Shown one piece after another: positions 18,258 through 28,389 of a stretch of 64,000 nt of DNA. Within the stretch, counting starts at the first letter, position 1, and every line of letters begins with the position of its first letter. The DNA is taken from IMG/VR virus record IMGVR_UViG_3300042258_000341, positions 64,001 to 128,000 of that record. One strand, written 5' to 3'. The notes under the pieces were generated by a model. That model had not been told where the DNA came from and searched no databases. It saw only the letters and a list, made by a program, of their open reading frames with translations. The DNA comes from a virus. Lineage: Duplodnaviria; Caudoviricetes. The translations under genes and the position numbers were made by a program.

Positions 18258-18566
18258 TTACTCCAAAACAATGTAAATTTTTTGTATGTCCGATTTAATC
18301 AGAGGCAATAAGTGTAAAACTTCTTTCACTTTATATTTTGTGTTATCTGAAAGAAGAATATAATCCCCTGCCCGGGGGAGGTGTTGTAAATGATTTTTGT
18401 ATGCCGTTTGTGTTTCTGTGGAAGCTATTTTTGTTTTATTTACAACAAGGGGTTGATAATTAGCATCTGTAAAATAAATAGCTGCGTGTTTATCCGGGGT
18501 GGAAGTAGACTCGGAATAATCACTAAAAGACTTAAGAGGCTCTTGTATTCTTTTAGATATTGGCAT
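18258..18566 (-). CDS. Hypothetical protein
   Basis: ORF; LPRAGDYI..YKVKEV. Confidence 0.65.
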   Translation of the reverse strand: MPISKRIQEPLKSFSDYSESTSTPDKHAAIYFTDANYQPLVVNKTKIASTETQTAYKNHLQHLPRAGDYILLSDNTKYKVKEVLHLLPLIKSDIQKIYIVLE

Positions 18567-20112
18567 CTATCAACTCCAACTTTCTCAAGAAACTCGAAGT
18601 TTTTCTCTTCTTCATTTCATTGTATTCTTCTTGATATTTTTTCCCCGTTGCCGGGTTGATTCCGTATATATCCCATTTAACAGTTAATCCCTCTGGAAGT
18701 TTTGTTATTGCTGTTCCGTAAAGGTTTAAAGTACCACCGACCGTTGTTAAGCCTTCAGGAAGTTTTGTTATTGCTGTTCTTCTAAGGTCTAAAGTACCAC
18801 CGACCGTTGTTAAGCCTTCAGGAAGTTTTGTTATTGCTGTTCCTTCAAGGTCTAAATAACCACCGACAGTTGTTAATCCCTCGGGAAGCTTTGTTATTGC
18901 TGTTCCGTAAAGGTCTAAATTACCGCCAACAGTTGTTAAGCTCTCTGGAAGTTTTGTTATTGCTGTTTCTCGAAGGAATAAAGAACCACCGACAGTTGTT
19001 AAGCTCTCTGGAAGTTTTGTTATTGCTGTTCCGTAAAGGTTTAAATTACCGCCAACAGTTGTTAAGCCTTCAGGAAGTTTTGTTATTGCTGTTCCGTAAA
19101 GGTCTAAAGAACCACCGACCGTTGTTAAGCCTTCAGGAAGTTTTGTTATTGCTGTCCCTCTAAGGTCTAAATAACCACCTACAGTTGTTAAGCTCTCTGG
19201 AAGTTTTGTTATTGCTGTTTCTCTAAGGTCTAAATAACCACCGACAGTTGTTAATCCCTCGGGAAGTTTTGTTATTGCTGTTCCGTAAAGGTTTAAATTA
19301 CCCGGGAAAACCGAGGGTAATTCTATCGGGAAATCCCTTAAATTAAGGATTGCTCGTTTAAGTTCGGTTGTGTCCCCTTGTTTAACCGCTTTATTTACTC
19401 GTCGTTGGATTTCTGCATAATTATCAACAATCGCTAAATCATCTCTGCTCGGGCTGGATACAGAAATCTTAGGTTTCTTGAACCGAACAAGAATTTTATT
19501 CAAGACCTCGAAATCTTGTTTCAAGACATAAGGAGTTGATTGGCTTGGGCTGTGATTTTGACCGTTTCGCAGTTCGTAATCTGTAAAGTACCAAACTTCT
19601 TCTTGTGTTATTGCGAACAAAGGCTCGTTTTGTTTATAAACAATCTGAAATGCGCCACGCTTCTGTAAATAATCTTGAGCTGTAGAAACATTCTGCACAC
19701 ACCAATGCGAACCTTGACTTAATTTCGATAAAGCTTGTGGGGTTGACGCTTCGTAAACAACATATCCTCCGGGTAAAGAAAACAATTCTTGAGTCCCGGT
19801 TTCGCTTTGTTGTTCGGATTCAAGTTTTGTTTCATCCGCTGTTCGATATTGTTCTACCGCTTTATGCAGTTCTTCGTGGGTTTTATATTGTTCGATTTGT
19901 TTCTTGAGTTCGGGTTTATTGATATCCCGTTTCTTACGAATGTTTTCCATCCATCTTCGAATATCCAAGCCCACAATATCCGGGTCGAATTGTACAAATT
20001 CCCCGGATTGTGTTCGCTTTTCCGCCCGTTTCTCGAAAACCCTTAAATAATTTTTAAGCTGTTCTTCGAAAGAAGCTGAAAATTTAAGTGTGGAGTATTT
20101 CAGGATTGTCAT
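18553..20112 (-). CDS. Leucine-rich-repeat protein with ten 21-aa repeats
   Basis: (GxLxLxxTAITKLPE[GS]LTTVG)x10; N-terminal domain with S.WC motif. Confidence 0.85.
   Translation of the reverse strand: MTILKYSTLKFSASFEEQLKNYLRVFEKRAEKRTQSGEFVQFDPDIVGLDIRRWMENIRKKRDINKPELKKQIEQYKTHEELHKAVEQYRTADETKLESEQQSETGTQELFSLPGGYVVYEASTPQALSKLSQGSHWCVQNVSTAQDYLQKRGAFQIVYKQNEPLFAITQEEVWYFTDYELRNGQNHSPSQSTPYVLKQDFEVLNKILVRFKKPKISVSSPSRDDLAIVDNYAEIQRRVNKAVKQGDTTELKRAILNLRDFPIELPSVFPGNLNLYGTAITKLPEGLTTVGGYLDLRETAITKLPESLTTVGGYLDLRGTAITKLPEGLTTVGGSLDLYGTAITKLPEGLTTVGGNLNLYGTAITKLPESLTTVGGSLFLRETAITKLPESLTTVGGNLDLYGTAITKLPEGLTTVGGYLDLEGTAITKLPEGLTTVGGTLDLRRTAITKLPEGLTTVGGTLNLYGTAITKLPEGLTVKWDIYGINPATGKKYQEEYNEMKKRKTSSFLRKLELIDANI
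18680..19302 (-). repeat. 63-bp coding tandem repeat x10
   Basis: Conserved core AAGTTTTGTTATTGCTGT recurring every 63 bp. Confidence 0.95.
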
Positions 20113-20654
20113 TTCGCAATAAGGTTTACATTTAAAATAACAGTCATGGGGAATTCAGAATCAATTTCAAAAGGAAGTAAATAAGAAGAGGATACTATTA
20201 CATCTTCTGCGATGTCTTTGAATTTCTTGGATTTAACACATCGATCTTTTACGGTTTCTTCGAGTTCGAACTGGGCTTTTGTGAGGGAGTGATACATGGA
20301 AGGTTCTATTATCTTCAACCCTTCCATAGAAACATAGTTTTTATTTGTTAAAAAAGAAAGAGGGGCAAAATATTCGTCTTGAAATTCAGGAAAAAGTGTG
20401 GAGCTAAAAGTTGTGACAAAAAATAAAGGAATTGTTAATAAATCGATATCTTCTTCAACATTACCGGAAGACATTTGAAACTTAGACATTTCTTGTTGGT
20501 AGACTTCGTATTTAAGTTGTGTGAATTTTAAATATTTTCGAATGTTTTTAATTCTTAACGGGTTGAGAAGAGAAAGCCATTCTTTTGTGAGTTTATTGTA
20601 ATCGGTCGTATTCAAATAACCGTTTTTTTCCAAATCTTTAAAATTAATGTCCAT
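20109..20654 (-). CDS. Hypothetical protein
   Basis: ORF. Confidence 0.65.
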   Translation of the reverse strand: MDINFKDLEKNGYLNTTDYNKLTKEWLSLLNPLRIKNIRKYLKFTQLKYEVYQQEMSKFQMSSGNVEEDIDLLTIPLFFVTTFSSTLFPEFQDEYFAPLSFLTNKNYVSMEGLKIIEPSMYHSLTKAQFELEETVKDRCVKSKKFKDIAEDVIVSSSYLLPFEIDSEFPMTVILNVNLIAK

Positions 20655-20747
20655 GTAGAAGAGAACCCCCCTCGAAGAAATAAAATAAAGTAACTACATC
20701 TGATGGTAATTTCATTATGTATTTAAGCGAAGAGGGTTCGTCTTTTT

Positions 20748-22028
20748 CTACAAAGTAGTGTCGCCGTTTTCAGAAGCTTTTGGCGGTCTTCCTCTGCGTC
20801 CTTTTTTGGAAGAAGTTTTTTCAGGTTCTTCTTCGAATCCTGCGGGGGCAACATCTTGTCCTTTTTTATCTTCGGCAGTAAAATCAACCCCTAACACAGC
20901 TTTTTCTACAAGAAGAGTTGTGGCGGTTTGTTCTTCTCTTAATTTATCAAGAAGAGCTAAAGCGTCTTGCAGTAATTCTGGAGAATTTAAGAACTGTTCT
21001 TCGCCAACAGCTTTACCCCTTGCGGTAAATTCCGGGATATTTAAACCTATGTATTTAAAAGTAGCTCCGTTTTGGGTGATTCTTCCTCTGTTTCTTAAAA
21101 TTTCAAGTAAATCTTTTCCCGTATTCCATCCCGCTTTTTGTCCGGGAAGTTGAGCATCAAAATGTGTATACCCTTTTAGTTCAGGACGGGCACATTTATT
21201 TTTAACATTTGTGATTTGAACTCTTCGGGTTTTAATTATTTCTTCTTCTTCCCCAGAAACAGGGTTTACTTGTTTTTCTTTTTCAGTGCCTTTCAGTTCC
21301 ATTATCATGCGAATAGAAGCTAAGAAACGAGGGGTCATTCCGCCGGGGGCTGTTTTATCCTGTCCGTATTTATCGTTTGCGGAAATTCCGGGGCCTTGTG
21401 TGAATCTGTCTCTTGCGATTTGATATCTTACTTGATTTGTATACACAGCAGCAAAATTATTCAAATAAGCTTCTCTGCGTAATTTGTGTGTAAAGCGTCC
21501 AATAAGTCTTGCGTGAATCCCCACTTGAACATTGTCTTCAAGAGAACCATCAAGAATCGCTTGCGGTAACATACAGGCGATAGAATCAAAACCCATAAGG
21601 TCAATTTTAAGATCCGATTCCAGAAGTTTCTCGAAAATAACATCACCCTCTTCTAAACTTAAAGGTTGGAAAAGAAAGAAAGTTTCCATATCCAGTTTCA
21701 AACCGTAGCTTTCGAAGGCATAGTCCGGGTCGAAACATTGCTCGAAATCGAAGAGAACACAAACTTGTCCTCTTTTTTGCGCAGCTCCCATTGCTTTTAA
21801 AAGCAGCGAGGTTTTTCCCGTGCTCTCCATTGCGATGATTTCGGTAATTCTTCCTTTCGGGAACCCCCCTATACCCGTAATTAAATCAAAAACAAGATTC
21901 CCGGAGGAAACTGTTTCATATTGTTTATTAGGATCAAAAATAATATCGGGGTTTGTTTTGTTGAATTTTTTTTGAATTTCTTTCAAAACATCTCCGATAG
22001 CTTTTCCTTTTTTATTATCTTCTGCCAT
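20748..22028 (-). CDS. recA: RecA recombinase
   Basis: GIGGFPKGRITEI, Walker A ESTGKT, DFEQ, DSI, NQVR, APGG, VKNK. Confidence 0.95.
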   Translation of the reverse strand: MAEDNKKGKAIGDVLKEIQKKFNKTNPDIIFDPNKQYETVSSGNLVFDLITGIGGFPKGRITEIIAMESTGKTSLLLKAMGAAQKRGQVCVLFDFEQCFDPDYAFESYGLKLDMETFFLFQPLSLEEGDVIFEKLLESDLKIDLMGFDSIACMLPQAILDGSLEDNVQVGIHARLIGRFTHKLRREAYLNNFAAVYTNQVRYQIARDRFTQGPGISANDKYGQDKTAPGGMTPRFLASIRMIMELKGTEKEKQVNPVSGEEEEIIKTRRVQITNVKNKCARPELKGYTHFDAQLPGQKAGWNTGKDLLEILRNRGRITQNGATFKYIGLNIPEFTARGKAVGEEQFLNSPELLQDALALLDKLREEQTATTLLVEKAVLGVDFTAEDKKGQDVAPAGFEEEPEKTSSKKGRRGRPPKASENGDTTL

Positions 22029-22035
22029 ATAGAAA

Positions 22036-22533
22036 TTATTTACCTTTCTTTACAAAATCAGATTGTCCGTGCCAGATTCTTTTCATTATCAAATCTGACT
22101 TATATACCGCAATAGCTAAAGCTTGCCACATGTCAGCAGTAATGTTTTCGAGAATTGTGCCTTTTTGTTTTGTACGTGTGTTCCCATTCCCATATCGGGT
22201 AATAAGAATGGTTCGAATTGCGGAATCATTTGCTTTCGGGGAGCCGGAATGATATGTAACTACAGTTTTTCGGAAAATAAATTCAACTTTGCTTCTTCCG
22301 AATATTTCTGCAAAAATACCTATCCAGACACAAGTATCTAAAACACTCGCTCCAACTTGCCCGTATGCTGAGATCATTTCGATACAACATAAATCACAAG
22401 TCTTTTTTAAATCCCTTATTTTTACAGCAACTTCATCGTTTGTTTCTTTCCCAGAAACAATTATTTTTTCGGTTTTTTCATCCCAAACAACATAGGCACT
22501 TAATTCGTTTCCCGGGTCGATAGATAGAATCAC
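22036..22533 (-). CDS. RuvC-like Holliday junction resolvase
   Basis: ILSIDPG..SAYV, IE, D.WQALAIA; GTG start with RBS; next to recA. Confidence 0.75.
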   Translation of the reverse strand: MILSIDPGNELSAYVVWDEKTEKIIVSGKETNDEVAVKIRDLKKTCDLCCIEMISAYGQVGASVLDTCVWIGIFAEIFGRSKVEFIFRKTVVTYHSGSPKANDSAIRTILITRYGNGNTRTKQKGTILENITADMWQALAIAVYKSDLIMKRIWHGQSDFVKKGK

Positions 22534-22639
22534 GTAAAAAACCTTTCTTAAAGTTAATAGGCAACCGAGAAACAAATACATCATTCTCGGTTGCCGGGTA
22601 ACTGTTATTCACAAATACAGCAGAATAACATGAAAAACT

Positions 22640-23437
22640 TTAAGAAGCGGGTTTTACGAGTTTATTGAACGGGGATTCTGCAGTTGCTGATCCGGTTTGA
22701 TCTGCCACTTGAGCTTGAGGGGTGTTTCCTGCGGGAGCAGCTATTTGCGGTTGTTGAAAAGGATTTACAGCATTTGGGGTTGTTGTTGCGGTATCCCAGC
22801 CAAGTTTTATCGCAAGTTCTTCTGTTGGGATTGTGTTGGGAAGGTATTTTTTCAGTGCGGATTGATACAGAGATAGCCCCTGTTCTGCAATTGCAGCGGC
22901 ATCGGGAAGATGTTTCCACAAACAATCTTGTGCGGGTTGCATAGTCATGTTCTGGAATTTGATATCTGATTTTCCATCAAGACAAACAATCACATCTCTT
23001 CCGAAAAGATTCCATTCTTGATGCATGTTTTTGAGAGACTGCCATTTATCTGTTCCGAGAGGCCACACATAGTATGTGAATGTGGGGTTTCCTTCGGCAT
23101 TTTTAATAACAACCCCGTTTTTATCGGTATCGTAGCGAATAACGATAGTGAGGAATTTTATTTTAGGTTCCCCGTAACGAGCAATCAATTTAGCCATGAA
23201 TTCTTTGTCTTGGAGAGGAGCTTCGAAGCTGAATTTATTGTTTTCGTTGACTTCTACAAAGTAGTATTGAGAGAGCTTGAGGAGCGGAGAATTGTTGTTG
23301 TTTACATCAAAGGCAATCAGTGAAATTCGAGCTTTTTCATCTTTACCGAGATTTGGGAATTTTTCAACGATGTTTAATTTTACATCTGAGTCAAGAGTAA
23401 CGTCCATTGCGCCGGAGAATTTAAAAGTTTCAGCCAT
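22640..23437 (-). CDS. Probable single-stranded DNA-binding protein
   Basis: Context (recA, resolvase), beta-rich core, low-complexity C-terminal tail; no diagnostic motif. Confidence 0.5.
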   Translation of the reverse strand: MAETFKFSGAMDVTLDSDVKLNIVEKFPNLGKDEKARISLIAFDVNNNNSPLLKLSQYYFVEVNENNKFSFEAPLQDKEFMAKLIARYGEPKIKFLTIVIRYDTDKNGVVIKNAEGNPTFTYYVWPLGTDKWQSLKNMHQEWNLFGRDVIVCLDGKSDIKFQNMTMQPAQDCLWKHLPDAAAIAEQGLSLYQSALKKYLPNTIPTEELAIKLGWDTATTTPNAVNPFQQPQIAAPAGNTPQAQVADQTGSATAESPFNKLVKPAS

Positions 23438-23564
23438 TTGTTTTTCCTTTACATTTAAGTAGTTTTGGTTTAGGAGCCAGAGAGTTTAGTTTAGGAGCTT
23501 AGTTTCTTTTGGAAGGAGCTTGTGTTTTTTCATCACCTCCGATTTTAATTTCAGAGTTCTTAAG

Positions 23565-24059
23565 TTATACACTAATATACTCAGAACTTTCAATAATTTT
23601 CATTAAAAAATTAAAAAAAAGATTTTTTTCAGCATTTACCGAAATGAAGGGGAGATTTAATATCTTAAACAAAGGTTTCTGTTGGATAAGTTTTAAATCT
23701 TCTGGGATTAAATCTACGATTGCAAAGTAATATACGTGATTATGTAAGGGGGATAGTGAAAGGTATTCTTTAACAAGATTTATCTTTTCAGGAGAAATAT
23801 CGAAATTTTCAAAAAAGAAGTCGTTGATCCGATAGAAATTGTCTTCAACCTTTCCTAACGATTCAAGTGAAACCAGTAGCGGTTGGTATTTACCGACAAT
23901 TTCTTTTTGTTGCGGATTTAAAAAAATAAAATCGGTGCCGCTTTTAAGAAACAGGCACAAATATACGTTTTCTTCGGCTTTTGTTGTGAAAGGTAGTGTC
24001 GTTGGTTGGCTGAAGAAAGTATTTATTTTTTCGAATATTTGTGTCAAGAATTCGTTCAT
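23565..24059 (-). CDS. Hypothetical protein
   Basis: ORF. Confidence 0.6.
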   Translation of the reverse strand: MNEFLTQIFEKINTFFSQPTTLPFTTKAEENVYLCLFLKSGTDFIFLNPQQKEIVGKYQPLLVSLESLGKVEDNFYRINDFFFENFDISPEKINLVKEYLSLSPLHNHVYYFAIVDLIPEDLKLIQQKPLFKILNLPFISVNAEKNLFFNFLMKIIESSEYISV

Positions 24060-24700
24060 GTGATTGAAAATCCCATTCTTTCGGAAGGATCCCGGTATTT
24101 TTCAAGAAGGCGTAAAGAAGACTCCATGCGCAACTGTAAATTCATACGAGGTTGTAAGATATCTTCGAGTATTTTGCTGAGTTCTTTTATCATATTCGAA
24201 AGGAAGTTTTTGTAAACTTCCATATCGTTAAGAATCGCTTCTTTATGGTTTTTAAGTTCTTTTCGGGAATCGAAAGTTTCTTTCAAAACAATTTCTGCGG
24301 CAGAAGAAAAAGAAGTGACATAGCCTTTGGCTTGTGTGAAAATGGAAATATAGTGAATTAATTCTTCTTTTTGTTGTTGTGTTTTTTGTAGTTTAACATG
24401 TATCTTATTACAGAAATCGGCAACTTCTTCCATCATAGGTTTAGAGCTTAATTGTAAAGTTTCTTCCGTGTCTAATGTGGCTTTTTTTATTGCAAGAGAT
24501 ATGTCCGTAAGGAGTTTAATATCTATCGTTTTTACAAGCTCTTTTAATGTGTCGTTGAGAAAAGAAACCACAATTTCCTGTGGAGTTTTTTCAGGGTGAT
24601 AGGTTATCTTCTTTTCTATTTCTTCCCGAAGCATAAATACTGTAAATGGGAGAAAAGGTTTAGATAGAAGGTCTTGTAATACTTCTTGAGTGTTGATCAT
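24056..24700 (-). CDS. Hypothetical helical protein
   Basis: ORF. Confidence 0.7.
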   Translation of the reverse strand: MINTQEVLQDLLSKPFLPFTVFMLREEIEKKITYHPEKTPQEIVVSFLNDTLKELVKTIDIKLLTDISLAIKKATLDTEETLQLSSKPMMEEVADFCNKIHVKLQKTQQQKEELIHYISIFTQAKGYVTSFSSAAEIVLKETFDSRKELKNHKEAILNDMEVYKNFLSNMIKELSKILEDILQPRMNLQLRMESSLRLLEKYRDPSERMGFSIT

Positions 24701-25332
24701 AGTTTATCTATTTCCTGTTCGTTTTTGGTATTCTTTTTCTTTTTGGGTTCCGCTTTCTGCAAGTCCCACATAAGAGAAATAAGAAAATCTAAGTATTTCT
24801 TTTCATATTCGACATTTGTTTTTATTTCTGCAGGAGAAAAAGAGATATACTGTTTAAGCTGTAGAAATCGAGCACGAAACATAAGATATTCAGCAATAAC
24901 ATCGGGTGTGCAAATATCTGCAGAAAACTCCAGATGGAACGGTTTAAAAGTTATAAATATGTTCTGTCCGGGGTACTGTAGGTATTTGAAAGTAGGGCAA
25001 TCCAAGTTACCTATCGAAGGGAAGTTATTTTCAAATTCCGCAATTTCCTCCAAGGAAAGTTGTTTATCCAAGTTTTGTATCTCAAGTATCCATATTTTAT
25101 AAAAGTCATTTTGTGCAATTCCCGCAAGAATATCCCCAGATAGAAAGCCTATTGTCACATCGTTTTCAGTCGCTTTGAAACTTTCCTTTATTGCTGGTTT
25201 TAAAGTCACTTCATACCCTAAAGAAGAGAAAGAAGATGCTTGTTTAGAAGTAACATTGATCTTTTCCACTTGTGGGTTCAAATAAGATTCCAGCCAAAAT
25301 TGGATTGTATTTAAAGGTTCGGGTATTTGCAT
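24697..25332 (-). CDS. Hypothetical protein
   Basis: ORF. Confidence 0.7.
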   Translation of the reverse strand: MQIPEPLNTIQFWLESYLNPQVEKINVTSKQASSFSSLGYEVTLKPAIKESFKATENDVTIGFLSGDILAGIAQNDFYKIWILEIQNLDKQLSLEEIAEFENNFPSIGNLDCPTFKYLQYPGQNIFITFKPFHLEFSADICTPDVIAEYLMFRARFLQLKQYISFSPAEIKTNVEYEKKYLDFLISLMWDLQKAEPKKKKNTKNEQEIDKL

Positions 25333-25397
25333 ATTTATTACACCTTTCTATTTATCTATATCCTTAAATATACGATTCTTTTTTTCTTTTTACATAA

Positions 25398-26354
25398 CTA
25401 TTTCAACAAATATTCTTGTGTCTTTTGTAAGAAAGAGGACATCGCCGGTATAAATTCAGAAGTATTTAGACTCGCTTCTGTTTCAGACAATGTGAGACTG
25501 AATTTTAATAAAGAGACCGTTGATATATTTGCATATTTTTTCAGCATCCTGTTTTTAAATTCCGAAGAGGTATTTTTCTGTGATAATTGTGAATTTATCA
25601 ACATAAGATCGAAAATTGCCCGGTAAATAGCACTAATGACAAATCTACTTTCAGGCACTTCTGTGTAAATGCTGCAAAGATGTGTAAATAGAATATCTTT
25701 TGATTCTGTTGTGGGTTGAGTTAAAAAGAAATATAACTGTTCGTGAAGCTGAAAATATTTAATCGTTTCTTTTACAGGGAGAAAAGTATTGAAGAGTTTA
25801 CGTTCCCACACGTACTTATCATCTTCTTGTTGCAAACAAACTAAAAGAGCTTCCTCAGCTTTAAGTAAAAAAGAAGAAATGTCTTCGGACTTATTGTAAA
25901 GATTTTCCAAATCGGTAGTAATTACGGGAATTGATTCTTTTACTGTTTCCGGGGTATTTGTAACCTTTAAAAGAAATTGTAAAAAGAATTGAAAATTATT
26001 CTTTGTTTTATCCGCTTCTGTTATTTTTTGTGCGGTTTTAAATTCTTCAGAAAAAGGAGTGAAGACTTCTTCTGGTAAAGAAACGAATATTTTATCTTCA
26101 CAGTCTATTCGCAACCCCGGCAAGATTTTTTTAAATTCTTCTTTATTGGTAATTTGTAAGAAATAATTTCTGTGCCCGAACAAACAAGAACTTCGAATAT
26201 CTTCTATAAAATTTTCAGGGGTTCTTGTTTCACATCCGAATTTATTCATTACTTTTGTTAAAACTTCCGCTTTAAACACCCCTGTTTTAAAGGGGTAAAA
26301 GCAAAGTCTTCGTAATGTTGTTTTAGGATTAAGGATAAATTCAATATCTTGCAT
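25398..26354 (-). CDS. Possible DNA polymerase III delta-like clamp-loader subunit
   Basis: Size, S.LFG motif, adjacency to delta-prime-like gene. Confidence 0.45.
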   Translation of the reverse strand: MQDIEFILNPKTTLRRLCFYPFKTGVFKAEVLTKVMNKFGCETRTPENFIEDIRSSCLFGHRNYFLQITNKEEFKKILPGLRIDCEDKIFVSLPEEVFTPFSEEFKTAQKITEADKTKNNFQFFLQFLLKVTNTPETVKESIPVITTDLENLYNKSEDISSFLLKAEEALLVCLQQEDDKYVWERKLFNTFLPVKETIKYFQLHEQLYFFLTQPTTESKDILFTHLCSIYTEVPESRFVISAIYRAIFDLMLINSQLSQKNTSSEFKNRMLKKYANISTVSLLKFSLTLSETEASLNTSEFIPAMSSFLQKTQEYLLK

Positions 26355-27227
26355 TTATTTTAAAGTCTGTTTAAGAATAAAAATAGAAGAAAGAAGGTTT
26401 TTGAACTGATTTTCTCTGTTGATCTCGGTGTTCTGGTAATTTAATACCCCGGGAGCAAATTTACATTTTATTTTATCCAGATAAAACATATAATGCAGAC
26501 TCCCGTATTCTTTTGTTTTTACTGCTTGAAATAAGATATACGAAAGAACAAAAGTAATTACATGGTTTTTTTCATATTCCGGTAAAGGCTTTATTTTTGT
26601 GAAAAAGCCTCCTATTTTATCCTGTAAATCCGCAAGATCGTTTGTTTTCAAAAGCCAGTCGGTAAAAAGAGTTTCCAGCTCGTAAGTGAAGAAAACTTCG
26701 ATTTCGAACATAGTGGTAAATGGGAATTTATCAAGAATCGAAATTAAATGTTGTCTGCCGGGAATATTCTTTAAGATTTCTATTTGTCTTTCTTTTCGAA
26801 GAGTATTAAAAAAATAAACATGCAGTCTTGATATTAATGCTGGGGGTAGTAATTCTATATTATTGGTTAAAACAAAAGTGTGATAATGCCGAGGCTCTTC
26901 AAGTTTCTTGAGAAGAAAATTAATTGTAGCAGCAGATAAAAATTCAACATTATTTATAACTAACCACTTATACGACAATTCTTTTGCGGGAGAATTAAAA
27001 ACTGAAAGATCTTCCTTAATTTCTTCAACAGATTCGTTCCCTTTTATTTCAAGAATATCAGGACTACCTTCTATTCTATTGTGTAAAGAAACAGGAGTAT
27101 GTTGTTTTATTATTTCAAAAACAGTTGTCCTTTTACCCACACCTTTATCCCCGTAAAATAACGAAAGAGCTTTTTCTTTCGCAAGCCTTTCCAAACTAAA
27201 AGCTTTATCCTGTAATTCTTTTTTCAT
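26355..27227 (-). CDS. DNA polymerase III delta-prime-like clamp-loader AAA+ protein
   Basis: LFYGDKGVGK, PDI, NFLLKKLEEP, LPPALISR. Confidence 0.8.
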   Translation of the reverse strand: MKKELQDKAFSLERLAKEKALSLFYGDKGVGKRTTVFEIIKQHTPVSLHNRIEGSPDILEIKGNESVEEIKEDLSVFNSPAKELSYKWLVINNVEFLSAATINFLLKKLEEPRHYHTFVLTNNIELLPPALISRLHVYFFNTLRKERQIEILKNIPGRQHLISILDKFPFTTMFEIEVFFTYELETLFTDWLLKTNDLADLQDKIGGFFTKIKPLPEYEKNHVITFVLSYILFQAVKTKEYGSLHYMFYLDKIKCKFAPGVLNYQNTEINRENQFKNLLSSIFILKQTLK

Positions 27228-27424
27228 TTTTCAACAGTCCTCTTTAAAATATCTTTTTTCATATTCGCTATTTCAGATAAAATAAGGTCTCCGATTGCAA
27301 TTTGGGAAAACCTTAAATATTCCGAATCGATTTTTTTTTGCAGGGAATATTTTTCATTGTTATATAACATAACAATGCGTAAAATATCGTTCTTCAATTC
27401 AATTTTTTTTATTTTTATACTCAT
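27224..27424 (-). CDS. Hypothetical protein
   Basis: ORF. Confidence 0.6.
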   Translation of the reverse strand: MSIKIKKIELKNDILRIVMLYNNEKYSLQKKIDSEYLRFSQIAIGDLILSEIANMKKDILKRTVEK

Positions 27425-27569
27425 AACATAGATGAATAAACGATTATCTGTATATCATGGTTTAAAACCGATTCCCGTTGATTTACACAGTGTTTTAAAA
27501 GAGGGGGCGAAGGGTTTGGAAAACCCCTGCCCCCGAAAACTAAGAATAGTGTGGATATTCTTAGGAGGC

Positions 27570-27983
27570 TTACGTAATTTTTTCAAGAAGAGCGATAGTA
27601 ACAATTTCTTGCGAAGCGTCTGTTACTTCTTTTTTAATTTCTGCTTTTGATCTGCGGTTTCGTAAAGGGAGCATTTCAACCGGAGGCTCCACCCCGAGTT
27701 CTCGCATTCTTTTTACTTGTAAGTTACTTAGCCTAACAGCAATATTTTTTGATTTTTCTTTTTTCTTGGGTTTCAAATGTTCGGGGACTTCAATTCCCAT
27801 ATACTGTAATTTTTTTACTTCCCCTTTTTTCAGAGGCTCGGATAAAGTGACATGTCCTGCAGCTAACGCTCTTTTATATTCTTCGATTCTTTCTTTGATA
27901 TCTTTTTTCTGCCACAGGGATTTTATTTGTCCTTTTTGTGTACCTTTGAAGAAATGTTTTGTAAGTAATTTATATTCCGACAT
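27570..27983 (-). CDS. Basic hypothetical protein with internal repeat
   Basis: Two L..MG/LG.E.P units. Confidence 0.7.
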   Translation of the reverse strand: MSEYKLLTKHFFKGTQKGQIKSLWQKKDIKERIEEYKRALAAGHVTLSEPLKKGEVKKLQYMGIEVPEHLKPKKKEKSKNIAVRLSNLQVKRMRELGVEPPVEMLPLRNRRSKAEIKKEVTDASQEIVTIALLEKIT

Positions 27984-27998
27984 TTTAAGGTATCTCCT

Positions 27999-28232
27999 CT
28001 ATCTTTTTACCGTAACAGAAGTTTTTACACTCTTTCTTTTCGTAAGAAGAGCGATTTCTTCTGGCGTTGGGTTATCAAGAGTAACGTCCTCTCGAATTTG
28101 CAAAGCGTATTTGTTATAACACTCTGTGCAGACCCGGTATTTATCTTGCACAACGCCTTCTCGACAGAAAGCGATATGTAAAGGTTTTATTTTTCTCGAA
28201 ACAGGTTGTTTGCAAATATCACAAGTTGTCAT
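27999..28232 (-). CDS. Small Zn-finger protein
   Basis: CDIC..CTEC. Confidence 0.65.
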   Translation of the reverse strand: MTTCDICKQPVSRKIKPLHIAFCREGVVQDKYRVCTECYNKYALQIREDVTLDNPTPEEIALLTKRKSVKTSVTVKR

Positions 28233-28389
28233 TCTTTCTTCTCACTTTCTTGTATTTTTATTTTTCTTCGTATTAATTTATCCCGAAAAAGATACAAAGG
28301 ACAATCTTGACGTGGGCAGAGAATAATTTCCTCTCTACTCCCACACGAACATTCGAGGCATTTATCAAGAATCGCTTGTAAAGGGGATT

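Noticed and set aside
18680-19302. CRISPR-like periodicity (constant core plus variable part every 63 bp)
   Set aside because: Units are in-frame codons of an LRR protein, variable parts are related to each other, and no cas genes are adjacent
18553-20112. Diversity-generating retroelement target
   Set aside because: No reverse transcriptase or separate template repeat in the window; variation is not adenine-specific
23466-23520. GTTTAGGAGC repeats upstream of the SSB-like gene as an autoregulatory operator
   Set aside because: Only two exact copies and the SSB call is itself uncertain
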